DNA of 64,000 nt, taken from assembly GCA_043228905.1 (NCBI GenBank), contig JBHGNT010000017.1, positions 3,472,001 to 3,536,000 on the forward strand, read 5' to 3'. Below the pieces are notes generated by a model. It ran no database searches. It had not been told where the DNA came from and saw only the letters and a list, made by a program, of their open reading frames with translations. Positions within the stretch are counted from its first letter, which is position 1; every line of letters begins with the position of its first letter. A program made the translations under genes and the position numbers. Source of the DNA: Azolla caroliniana (lineage: Eukaryota; Plantae; Polypodiophyta). This document shows positions 51,201 to 64,000 of the stretch, in pieces.

Positions 51201-54200
51201 TCGCCATATTTATCACTTTGCATCAACTGCTTTAATAACCTGGAGAGAAGGACTTCAGCATTTCCCTATAAAGATATATAATGGACCCATATCAGCCACC
51301 AAATAAAATGACTTTTCTGAAAAATATACAATGGAGCCATATCAAGTTTTTTCTGAAAGCAGCAAACAAAATGATTTCTTCCTTGCTGACCTGTTGAGAT
51401 TGCATAAGAGGCGGAAGACAATCAGAAACAGCACGTTGAACAGATGCTGATGGGGTTTTCAGAACTTCCAATAATTTCTCCACTACAGTTGACACTTTTG
51501 GATCGTCCTATATTAAAGATGATTTCTCAGAAGGTAAAGTTACATTAAATCCAGAGAATGCCAAATTTTAAATAAACAAAAATTCTTTGTTCTGTATATT
51601 ATTTCCAGGTGACAGATAGTTAAGCAATAACTCCCTTATTTTCACATCAGAGCTATAAGATAAAGATTAACTTTGGATTAGTACAAAGAAACATCAGATT
51701 ATAACATAGAGAACCCTTACTCTCTATGACTGAAAATACACTATCGTTGAAAAAGCTTACCATGGAGAGATGCTTTGCGAGTGCTCCCATGAAAACAACA
51801 ACACCTTCCCGTACAAGATCGTATTGTTCTTCATTGGTTGCCTAACAGAAAACAAGCACAACATTAGATAACCATTCTAGAATGGATAACCAATTAACCG
51901 CAAAGCTCTAGGGCTTACCTTTTTGTCAAGATAATTTTCAAAAATTGGAAGCAAAAGGGAAACATTGTCTTTTCCCCGCTTATCAATTATCATGATCCCA
52001 GCATCAACCATTCTTGCTCGAACCTCTATATTGGCATCTCCCTGCTCAAAATGATAGTCATAAACCACATACAGATAACTCTTCATGTTCATAACATTTT
52101 AGACACAAATACAACCATCAACATAACAGAAAACCACATTCATCCATAGAACCAACCAAAGCACGTGCTATAAGGAAAGTTGAAACCACTGGAAGGTCTT
52201 TTATTGTTAGAACATCTGCGGCAGCGCATAGTGCAAGTGCCACCCCTTGTCTCGCAGGCCATGTCACATCTGCATCAGCATGGGATCTAGGAAGATGGTT
52301 CACATATACAGAAAACAGTGTGGAGAGAGTTTCCTGGGTAAAACAGAAAGCCTTGAGTCTATCCAGTACACAAAAGGCATAATAAATGTAGGAATGTAGT
52401 AAAAAGGCGTAGCACCTGCACAGAATCAGGATATTCATCCATTGCAGCTGCCAACCCCATAGAAGCAGCCATTCTAACGTTATAATTATCATGTGACAAA
52501 GCTTTGAAGAGTCCAGTGAAGTCTTTTCCCAGATCATGATTATACATATCCCAAATTTCTTCAGCTGACTCGGCATTAGACTGCATTAGATCCACCAAGC
52601 AAGATAAAATAACAAATATTGAAACTGTGTAAACTCTTGAATTCTTGCGTTAAACTTTCATTGTGATAGAAACCTCATCAGGATCATAAAGTGACATCCA
52701 CAAGGTAGTTGCCAAAGAAGAATTATATGGAACTGCTTGCTTTTTTAGTGCGGGGACATATTTCACTGCAAACAAACACGCAGCCCGTACATGTGCATGT
52801 TGAGAATATAGTCCACTAAGGGCCTGCAGCAGTAATTCCCATTTCAAGAACGGATTTAAAACCTTTGAGAGTTTGTTCCAAATTACCTGTCAAATCTATA
52901 CAACTTACATCAAAAAGTTCTTCTGACTTCAAGCCTGCACAAAGCTCACAAAGTAAAGGTTGTATGTCATTCTGGTATGAAGGTATCCAACCAAGAACAT
53001 GATACAGAACCTGCATTGACAGTTACATTTAGCATTTCCAAACGAATTCTACCCTTCAATTTTCAGATTTAGCAATTTCAGAATATTTATACATGAATAT
53101 GTCTAAGTGTTTGAAGCAATAGAATTTGAGTCATAACCTCGAGCATCTTTAATCTTGGTAATGACATAACTGGGGAAGTGTGAAGAGCAATCACTTCCAG
53201 CAAATCATCATGAAGATTTGTCTTCTTTGGAGAAAACAAAATTTTCTCAATTATCTGTCAAGAGGAATATCTTTTTAGAGAGATTCAAATGCAAGATATA
53301 CATGCTCCAATTGCTTGACATCTATAAGCATACAAGTAACACATCAGTTGTATTTATGCTGCAAGCTGAGTTTTGTTGTATTAATCCAACTTACCGGGAA
53401 TACAAAAGCAAAGGTCGGAGCAGGAAGTGCTCCCTCCTTGCAAGCAATAACCAACCCATGAACAATGCGTTCCAACAGTGTGGGTTTTTTCTTCTGAGCT
53501 TCCAAATTTTTGGGGGGATTCAGGAGGTCTTGCATAATGAAGAAGTGTGATATTGATAATCCTGTTAAAGCAGCTGCCAGGTCTGTTGCCAAGTGCCTCA
53601 ATGATGGTGCCACACATCCTGCAAGCTTGATCATTGCTTCATAAGCTTCTTCACTGACAATGGGAGACTTCAGCAATGGTGTGATCTCTTCCTCCTGGAA
53701 TAGTAATGAGTTCTACCATGAGCAATAGACTACTAATTCCGCCTGAATCCTTTTATAAATACATTGTTAGGCCTACAGAAGAACATCTTAATAACAATAA
53801 ATAAATGTGTTATTCAGAACATCCTAATGAGTTCTACCATGAACAATAGATTACTAATTCCTCAATAACGATCAACACATTTTAAATAGCATGATCTGCA
53901 GCAGGTTGAAAGTCTTGAAGTTCTTTTAATGGATATACTTGAATCTTTAGAGTAAAGTTTATAGAATGCTTCCAAAAAATGAGAAGCGTCATATTGGAAG
54001 AAGAAGAGATTGTGATATGTATATCATCTTTCCGTTGAAGGTCCATATAATTTGTTTTTCCAAGAGATGCCTCTGGTCTTGGTCATAAGTGGCATGCAAT
54101 GTATATAAGCAATCTTTTAGCTTAAGCCTCTTCCATTCAATAAGAATAAGATGCCACTTAAAAGCAATATAAACTAATGTCCTCAATCGATTTTTTATCC

Positions 54201-57200
54201 CCTTGATGACTTTTATTTAACCATTGTCAATTCCCTAGAATAAGACATAAAGATGCAAATCGAGTATGTACATCAAATTATCTTACTCACTTGAAAAAAG
54301 CTGTCTCTCAGGAAGACATGAAAATTCAGGTGAAATGACTACATCACAAAAACATGTGACCCCAAAAAAGGTTTTTAGAATATAAAGACAACTTAGTGAT
54401 CAGCAAAAATAACACAATGAAAAAGAATTATGGGCAACTTGCCTCTAAATCTGCCATTAACATCAGCCTTTTTCCTGTGTGCTATTTATGCATATAAATA
54501 AGTTTTTAATTGAACAATCTATTACATGCCTGATCATTCATGCACTATTGGACTATAAATGCAGATTTAAGGCAGATGAAAGAATATGGATATGTAGATC
54601 CTACAATTACCATCTAAAACAAATATCAGTGCATGTGACATAAAGATCATCATATCATCGTTGTTGCAAGTTAGATAAGGATATGGTGAAAAAAATATCT
54701 ATTGAGGAAAGGAAGCCAATAATACCTAGAATTAATTCAAGAATTTTCAAAACCATATATAAATACATTAGTATTATGCAAATATAATGTGGTTTATATC
54801 ATGGTGCATAAGAATTGTAATTATTAAACACCCAACAGTGTCATATGGTCGAAGGCTGGCAGAATCACGGCCAACCATGTGTACAGAGTCAAAATCAGTC
54901 TGAAAAGCATCTCCTGGATGCCCAAAGATGATTATCCACATAGAGCTTCAGCAAGAAAATTCTAGACTACCCTAAAACTGCATCAAAGCATGGCTAACTG
55001 ACAAGCAAGGGCTTGCATAGAATTAAAATCAGTGTGAAAGGCAATTCTTAGGGATGCACAAAGATGACAACACATACAGCTTGCTTTATTTTTTCTAGGA
55101 TCCAAATGAGACCAGACTTGAAATTAGACTTGTTGCAATGTTTATTTCAAGATTTGTTTTCAAAGATGAAGTTTTATGGCAGCTGTTCGACACTAAAATA
55201 TTTTTTGTGGTGTTGCTCTAGATGACTTAATAATTATCCAACTTCTCATTGATCATATTTAGCACAAGCACTCTCTCTTCCCCACCTAAGATCAGACACG
55301 GATTCATAATGAACTGTATACTGACCAGATAGGGAAGCTCTTCGTGAGACATAACTGGATTTCCCGAGACAACTTCTCCAATTGCTTTAAGACCCAAAGA
55401 AAGCTTTTGCTTTATGTTGTAAACTCTTTGCCGAATGCATGCCTCCTCTTTCAGCTGTAATTCTCGAGCCTCTTCTTTTGCTGATTTAGTTTTATCAGCC
55501 TCACCTAGAAACATTTTGACATGTATCAACATTAACAGGATTCATAATTCACTGTAACAAATAAAGTTATAAGTCACTAAGGATACTAATTAAAACTCAA
55601 CCATACCAACTTTTTTTCCCGTTTTTAAAGAATCCTTCTTTCCTGATAGAGGCCCGTCCTTCTTTAAGGACGGATGCCGTGGTTGAGAAACTGTCTTCAC
55701 AGGCTCCTAACATAATATAAGCAAAAAGAAAATATCCTACTCAACATCAAAACACAATCCAAATGAAGAGCTGGTAACAAAGATTAGAGTTTTGCTAACA
55801 TACCTGGCCATCATCATCATCATCATACATCTTAAATCTTCCTTTAGCATGCTTGACATTCTTGTCTGCAATAACTTCAGCAATGTAGACACCTTGCTGA
55901 GTCGATAGTGTACCATCTGGTGTATTAAATATCTGGTACGAAAAATAGTGTCAATTACCTGATTTGTTAAGACTTGCTAAAAATGGAGGGATGCAAGTTC
56001 TACTAAAATAAACCTTACATCACTTCACGAAAGTACAAAATAACCTCTGAAAGAATGCAAAACAACTCTTCCTTCCAAATATCCATTATCTTTTTAGTTT
56101 TCTATTGACCAATTACCTTAATACATAACTTCATATCGGAAACAAAATGAGCACTCTAAAAATCCTATCTGGTAGATTTGCAGAATCATACACAGACAAG
56201 CTATAAACGAATCTCCAAGCTTTTTCTAGAAGAAATTCTCGGAAGATGTATAATGTGATATTAAATGCTGAGATTCACTCAGATGATCCTTCAAAAAACA
56301 TTACCATATCTATAATTCTAAAAATCTGACATTTCCTACTGGAGGATTGGACTAGCCCTAAAAAAGCTTTGAATAGCAATTTCTGATATTTACATAGTGT
56401 ACTGATACATATATACGTAATATATAGTAAGTTAAAGACATTTCCGAGATTAATAAAATGCAATTCAGAGATTGCAGCAATATTCACAAAGCCATTGACA
56501 CAAAAAGCTGTTGGTGATAAAACATACATTACATTTATGTATCTATACGTGCATGTGTATACCTGTAAAACTGTAATCTTATGAATTTCAAAAACCATTG
56601 TTCTGTGACTGAAGAAAACTGGTTCTGGATATCTTGCTATATTTATTTGGACTGCTTGACAATGCCACTCTTATGAGATGCCCATTTAGGCCAAATGTTC
56701 GATGAGAAATAGTTATTTTTTGAGCAAAAAAGTGGGATTATTGCTTCATTGCAATTTAATGACTTGCTGATCTATTGTAATTGGACTTGAGCAACTCTAG
56801 AGTAGAAATTATTTCTTCATATGAGAAACCTAAAGGTTAAGTAAATAGAGAAAATAGATATCTATGCATAGGCACACCAAATTATGCGAAATCAAATACC
56901 TTGATATCATTCTCACTGAGCTGATCATGCTCACGCCTATCAAGCAAATTTCCCAGTGCCTGCATGAGAAACACTACTGAGATTTTTGTGCATATAATAC
57001 GATAACTACGAAATTATAAATAGAACAGTATCGGGGTATGTCTGCATAGAGGTATTTTTACATTTCGAAATTCTGGAAAAAATTCCATAGGTATGGTCTT
57101 CATGATGGAATGGAGAGCATGAAGTGATGCTTGAGATTCAAATTTGCTTCTACTGAGCAACCCATGTTCTCCCAGCAACGCCTGCCCATTGCAAATAAAG

Positions 57201-60200
57201 CACTGAATTAGCTTACAGATAGACACACGTATAGATATATAGACAGCCTGCACACACAACGCATAATAAATAGATACATATGTGGACGTTTATGAGTGTA
57301 TATACAAAAGAGAGAGTGTGTGATACTTGCATTTCCTGCATTCAATGCATTGCTAATATTATGATACACCATTTAGCATACATAAATAATCAATGTATTT
57401 ACTCTTAACCTTAACAACATAAGTAAGTATACCTCACAGATGGAGTCAGTGTCAGAGGCCAAAGCGCTGATAATATCAACATGTTGTCTCTTCCACCTCG
57501 TAAATATAACCTGATACACAAAGTTTGAAGCATGTGTTTGAGAACCAAATTGTTGACATTGGCAACAACAATGAAACCAAACATATTGATCCATTAAATC
57601 AATATTAGCAGGTACTATCTATCAGCATCCAAGAAAATGGCCCATTAATATTCAGAGTTATAGTGATTGGCACCCATTATATAATTTACATATATCTCCA
57701 AAAGATGTCTTTAGATATAATTTTGCAAATAGTTATGCAACTTCAAAACGGCAGCATAAATATGAACGCAATACTAGAATAGAGGATTTTCAGTACTTCA
57801 CTTTCAGAAAAATACTTAGAAGCCAGATCATATCATACATCATTTTTTGCTCATACCTTCCAAATTGCATCTGTATGGCAACCTTGTACAAGACACTCGT
57901 TATGGCATGCCAATATAAGCTGGGCACCTTTTTTACACTGATAGAAGATTGCAGGGACGGCCAAAGCTGTCAAAGCCTTTGATAAAGCTTCAGAATTTGG
58001 CATGACTTCAGCATCTGGTGTGCTTTCCATATCACTGCCTTACGCAATCATACAGATAGTTGAAACAAAAGATATAATCTTCTGAATAGAAATTTATGAT
58101 CTACAGACCTTGATTTCAGAGCCAATTGATCTTCAAACAAGAGAAGCCATGATGTAAATCCATCTAGTAAACTTTCTGAAAAAATTGCTGATGCAGAATG
58201 CATGCGGCGAACTGCTTCAAATGCAGTTTTACGCACTTCTGCTGATGAATGCCAGAGAAAGAAGACAATTATCTACAATACCAAACCCAGACAAGTATCT
58301 ATTAGCATGAGTGATCACCATGAAAAAAATAGATAAGTTAACATGATAGAATAAAACTGCATTGGCATTTTAATTACTTGAAACACTTGCTGACTTCCTT
58401 CCGCATACTCAGACAATCTGCAGAATAATGAGCTTGTTTTTCAATTTCCAGCTAACAATGTGCAAAAACGATATGTCGAGTTTCTATTCATGTGCATAAA
58501 GTAGATTTAAGGCCAACCTTGATGAGTGCTTCAAAACAATAACTTCAGCCAGTTCTATAAGAGCAATACAATCTTCATTCTGCAATTTCCCTACCTACAA
58601 GTGAAAAAAATTGGTCGATTGTTTTGAACTCCCCAGTATTCAGGATTATTAGATATTTAATCTCCCAATTTATGTTGCTATTTAGATACGATTACCAATG
58701 AAGTAGAGAAAATGGAAGACTCTTTTTGTAATACAAGTCCCCAGAGCTTCTCTTTTGCAACTTTGTCATCTGATTTAGGGGGAAACAACAGTTCAGCATT
58801 AAGTTGAATGTGATCAGAAATAAAACAGACAATGTGCGGATCCTGCATTCGAATTCTGTCAATATATCTTGCAATCAAAGGATATCCAATAAGAACATTT
58901 GGAAATGGGCAAATGCAAGTGCGAACTTTACTAATAACCTGCTCTAACATCAATTGAAGCAATCTGGAACAATACTAGAAGAGCATATACACAGTCTGCT
59001 CGCTGTGAAGTCTTGGTTACCAAACTTTTGCTGAGAATAAGAAGTGATTCCAGGAGTGAACACATCTGCGCATATGAAATGAATATCTGAGAATGCACCA
59101 TACATATGGTTTTAAGACAGAAACAGAAATTGCAGTAACACACCTTCATGCAAAAACTAGGATTCTTGAAGCCCAAACGAAGAGATCGCAGATGAGAACG
59201 TCTTAAATTTTCTTTTTCCTTCAGCCCGGCCAGAAAAAACACAGTTGTACTGTCGGGGATCAGATCCCCTGCCCTAGAAAGCCACATTCCTAAAGTTGAT
59301 AATACCGAAATCCGAACTTCCTCATTCCCTGCTTAATGTAGCCAGTAAAGAGTCTGAACGATGAGGAGACTAATATCACAGGAAAGAAACTCTCACAAAA
59401 CAGGAAAAAAGATACATACCTTCTTCCTTATAGTACGACATGAGGAAAAGGCAAACAGTGGCAGCCAACTGATTTATCGTCTTCCCAGTTGATGCACTTG
59501 ATAATGCATATATTGCGTTTATAATACCATCTCTTTGATACGGCGAAGAAAGCTTTCCTTCAGATCCTGGTGGAAGATGCAAAAACTCGTTTATCAAAAA
59601 AAACCATCATCACTCATACAGTTAGACTGCATTTATACTATCCCACTTATGAATATAAGAAAACACAGAATGCTTGAAGACATGGTTATTAATGAGGCTA
59701 TAAGTTCCATTGCAAATAATGCATAGGAGAGAAAGAAGAAAGACAGAAAGTCATATTAGGATGCCACAAAAGCATATGGGATCAAAAGCAGAGTATACCA
59801 AATCAATGGATACAAGAAAGAAACGGAGGAAATATTATGTTAAGTCTTCAAACGGACAAAAAGAGAAATCATAAATACAACTACAGAACTTAAGAAAGAC
59901 TATGTCAACGTCTCCGATGAGAGCAGACTTGTCTATAAAAATAGCTACATATTTTCATATGTATCTCAATCATACAAATACAAATGGCTACAAGGAATGA
60001 GCTGAAAATATCAATATAGAACCTGTCTTAACATCAATATATCATTGCAAGATCAAAATGTGCACTTAAATCCACAATATTTACCAAAAAGGTCACTTTT
60101 ATATTAGCGCATATTGCATGTGCTAATGTACACTGCATATAAGTAGAGGTAGACATCCATGTGCATGTGACGTGACTTAGGTATTATGGAACTATTTCTC

Positions 60201-63200
60201 GTAGATGTGGAACTCATCTCCATCACTGATGCGCAAGAATAAGTTGATCCAGGTCGGGATATGTCATCAATGATCAAGTAACGTCAGACATAAGAATGAT
60301 CAGCATTCAATTTCCTATGTTTACCTTTTGAAATCATAGCACTACAATATGTTACTCTAGAAATGGGAGTCAACCAAATGTAATTACACCAGCACTAAAA
60401 TATAGTAATCTTGCCAGCTGGTCCACAATATGTAATAACATTGATCATTAATCACACTACAATAGCTTCCTTGTTGAGAATGTATATCGCATGAACGAGG
60501 CATTAATCTAACCAAGGAAATCAAAAATCAAAACAACAACGTAAATAATCTGGCAACAAAAATGCAACTTCCTTTTTACCTCCAAGAACAGACTTCATGA
60601 CTTGGAACATTGATGATATAGAATCAGGATCACTTGACTGCAATGCAAGACTGGAAATCACTGCTAAGGATTCTTTTCTCCTGTTTTCTTCACTATGACG
60701 TGCTTGAACCAACAAGACAGGTAACAGATCAGCAACATATTTACTCAGATCAAGGTTAGTGACTTTCAAAAGAATGCCAATAGCCTCTAAAACAAGTTCC
60801 GGATTCCTCTTTAACATTTTTACTGCTGTTGGAATGAGGATCTTTCCAAAGTCTTCATGTGTCATCTGCCTTAAAAGAGGACTGAATGAATAGCTAAGGA
60901 CACCAGAGGGTTTTTCCCTTGAACTTAGCACAGATTTAATATAGAAGTCCAAGAATATGTCCTGAAAGAAAAAGTGCAAGGAATATTTTCATAATACCCA
61001 ATGAGAATTATGAAGTTCTAGAAGAATTTGTTTAGATCATACCTTTTGACGATCAAATATGACAGCATTCTTACTGCAATGATCTAGTAATATTGTAAGC
61101 AAGCCACAGGCAGATTCTGACGCCAGATTTGCTCCCTTGAGCTCATTCATATATAGTTCAAAAAGGCCTTGCACCTGAATTATTTCCACGATTCTCAGCT
61201 TCAGGCTGAAAGAAGATAATGCTACCAAAAGCAAACTAGAACTCGGTTATACCTGAGACAAGGTGTACCAGAAGATGTGCTTGGTTGCTCTCTTTACACG
61301 ATAAGGACCTTGCAGAAGAGAAAACAAGAGACTTCCCTGCACTACAGAAAGCTTGGCAAATGCTGTCTTTGCAGTTAAAATATCAGTATTCCACCGCAGC
61401 AATAGGCAAGACCACCTTAGTAGTTTGTAATATACAGAGATTGTCCCTGCTTTCACACATTTGTCTGCAGTTTGTACCAACATCCCAGTAAAAGCTTTTA
61501 CAAAGGTGGACTCTTTCAAAGACTTTACGATAACAAATTCAACTGCAGCTTGGGAAGGCCGATCACTATAGAGGTACAGTGTCTCAAAAATCAATTCCAC
61601 CAAAGATATTCCATAATCTGCAAGGTGTTCATCTATATGAAAGAAAGAAATCATATCAATCATAAAACACCATATACAATCCCAACAAAAATTCAATAAT
61701 GGCAAGAAAATTTCATACACAATTGATTTTCGATATACCAGTTTAAACACTAGTAGAATAAAGAAATTATAAAATAGATGAATGTGAACCAATGAGTTTA
61801 TTACATGAACTAGACTAAGTGTCCACTCTTAAATTCTACAATGAGAATTGGCAATAGAATTAACGGAAAGGTAATATAGAAGGACACGTTTTACATAAAT
61901 TCTAGTTTGCTTTTGGTACTAAACCAGTATATGAGAGATTATCAAACCAGTATATAATACTTTGCTTAGGAAGCCAGGTTAGTTTTTAGAACTAAATTAG
62001 AAAGAAGTAATAAGACTGAGTTCTCTCGTATCATTTCCACATGAAGCTAGAAACATGATGTGGAACTGGTTAAATTTTTAAATCTGGACTCTATATCAAC
62101 ATTGTGACGTTAGAAAGAATAAAAACTTACTTCGAGAAATCATACACATAAAGTTTGAGCACTCGCTCATCATCAACCATGACCCCTATAGAGAGTATGA
62201 GCATATTTCACATAACCAAACTCAAACCAATAGTTTGGGATGTCATGAATTAATATCAGCGTGGATTGAACGCCAACTTGGAAAGGGTGTAATATCAGCT
62301 CTCAATCATCAATAATATTATAGGAAATATTATCTCGCAACAATCAATGCTAGATTCAGCGCAAGAACACAGTGTGACCAGTTTAATAAGTTTCTAGAAT
62401 GAATACTCCAATGAACTTTGAAGCAGACGAGTATTGAACTTCAAGACTTAAAGGCTCTACATAATAAGAGATTGTTAAAAAACATAAGCAAGTGATCACA
62501 AAGATGTTACTTTTATGAGATGAAGAAATGATGATTCCAATGCCATATCAGTGAAACAAAGAGGGGCCCTATCCTCTATTGTCTTTATCTTGATGTTGAT
62601 GAGGTGGAAACATCCATTGCACAATGCAGGGGAATGATAGACATTATAAGTGGTAAAATTATCTCCATTTTAGTACATTCATTTCACTTTACGTTCATCT
62701 TATCTCAGACTCGGGACTCCACTGCCACTTGAATGCTGCACAACAGTTTTCCTGTGATTAGGATCTCACATTGGACCTCAAAAACATCAGAGTCATTTGG
62801 AGTATAGGTCACCTGCATGGGGGAAATAATGGACATTGTATATCAAATGAATATTTGGGAGTCAACTTGTGTGACAAAACCTAGGATGAGGAGATTAAGT
62901 GTCTCCACATTGAGTTCCAAGAACAATCAGAGAAGATTTGGTGGTTTGATGCCAAATGTATTAACACAATCAATTAATGGCACGCTACTCACGTCACTTC
63001 TATCCTTGCACCAGCATGCCTTTAAATTGGTGACCTTGTTTTGAAACAGTTAATGGCATATCATCCAAATTACTTCCAATCAATCAATTGATGATCGTTT
63101 CACAGTTCATTTGATCACTTCTGGACAAGCAAATCTTTCAATGATGAAGCTTGTTTGAAACTGTTAATAACATGTTGTCCCAGTGGCTTCTATCTAATCT

Positions 63201-63616
63201 AATGCTCTTAAATTTGAGAGGTTTATTTTCAGCTAGTTATTGACAAGTAATTAAAATCACTTCTATCCAAGCAAATGCTTTTCAATTGTTGAGTTTGATT
63301 TTGGAATAGTAAATGTCAACTCCATTTAATCTACAGGGAAATAATTTTGAATTGATGGGCCATATATGAAATAATTAATGGCATGTTATTCAAAATGCTT
63401 CTATGATCTATCACAATTCCAATACAGCGAGCTTGTTTGAAACCCAGTGAACCAAATCATCAAAAAAAGGCTTCATTTTCTTTTGCCAAAGTGATGCAAT
63501 GCGTCCTTACCTGGATTATCTAGAAGGGAAGCAACAGAATCCCTAAAGATGGAAATGCGAAGCTTGGTGGAAGGAGTGCCGACTTTCTGAAATGCATCTT
63601 GCAGGGCTTGAGCCAT
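42232..63616 (-). CDS. GCN1: GCN1 / ILITYHIA, HEAT-repeat eIF2-alpha kinase (GCN2) activator; complete, about 60 exons
   Basis: Start [26 protein letters not shown] at 63616. Hallmark exons: [103 protein letters not shown]. End [26 protein letters not shown], stop at 42232-42234. Confidence 0.97.
46834..47371. repeat. Intronic tandem repeat, 4 copies of ~133-141 bp
   Basis: TATGGTTC unit starts at 46834, 46968, 47101 and 47242. Confidence 0.92.
49030..49332. repeat. Intronic ~152-bp tandem duplication (2 diverged copies)
   Basis: CAAAACATAAGTT...AATGCCTCAAGAGCTT... occurs twice. Confidence 0.85.
62550..63100 (+). mobile_element. Highly degenerate LINE RT remnant in GCN1 intron 1 (antisense to the gene)
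   Basis: Traces of RT motifs (GPLSSIVF for GxPLSPxLF; LEYRSPAWG; HAFKLV). Boundaries are approximate. Confidence 0.35.
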
Positions 63617-63952
63617 GGGAGCTTCTAACACTGCAGAGGTTGAGAAGGACCTGAGAAAGGTCTGCAGGGATGGGGGAGAAAAGGAGAAACCTTCTGATGC
63701 TGCTGCGTCTTCTTCTTCCTCCTCCTATTTTGATCAGAAGGAGAAAGGATGTTGTTGACAGAGATCGTCGTGGTCGTCGTCTCTGCTGCTGTGGTCGGAT
63801 TTCTACGGACCTTGATGCTGCAGCAGTGGATTCATCTCATAGCTTTCAATTTGTATCTCTGGATCTCTCTCTCTCTCTCTCTCTCTCTCAGTACCACCAC
63901 CAAGGGTTTTTGGTAACCAAATGGAACACTTTCCTTAACAACCCACACTCTT

Positions 63953-64000
63953 GACATGGACATGATGGACGTGGACGTGGACATGATGGACGTGGACATG
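63953..64000. repeat. GGACATG/GGACGTG short repeat array running off the window edge
   Basis: Direct reading; may be the subterminal repeat of an adjacent DNA transposon. Confidence 0.8.

Noticed and set aside
53989-54230. Possible TE remnant in a GCN1 intron
   Set aside because: Too degenerate to assign by eye.
63670-63954. 94-aa plus-strand ORF opposite the GCN1 leader
   Set aside because: Low-complexity antisense reading of 5'UTR/promoter repeats.

Overview
Nuclear DNA of a land plant. It has GT-AG introns, PLS-class PPR genes and L1/copia retroelements; PPR and TE style suggests a fern or other seed-free plant, which is inference. Left to right: a PLS-PPR gene (minus, ATG 1975, runs off the left edge) head-to-head with an intronless mitochondrial ribosomal protein mS34 gene; a ~14.5 kb retroelement nest of two independent, 5'-truncated L1 LINEs whose target sites are only ~40 bp apart, the second split by a full-length, stop-riddled Ty1/copia element; a degenerate hAT-type MITE; tandem repeats, including a triplicated unit with two tRNA-like heads; a 4-exon universal stress protein gene; a second PLS-E PPR gene; a 3-exon small basic-protein gene with a telo-box; a decayed multi-exon NTF2/DUF2358-like gene; and a complete ~60-exon GCN1/ILITYHIA gene (minus, 42232-63616). 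I see no convincing wholly new multi-gene system. The best leads are the copia pol extension beyond a duplicated polypurine tract, the convergent tRNA-like repeat, the LINE double hit with a shared 3' motif, and several GCN1 splicing and leader oddities. All coordinates were traced by hand.
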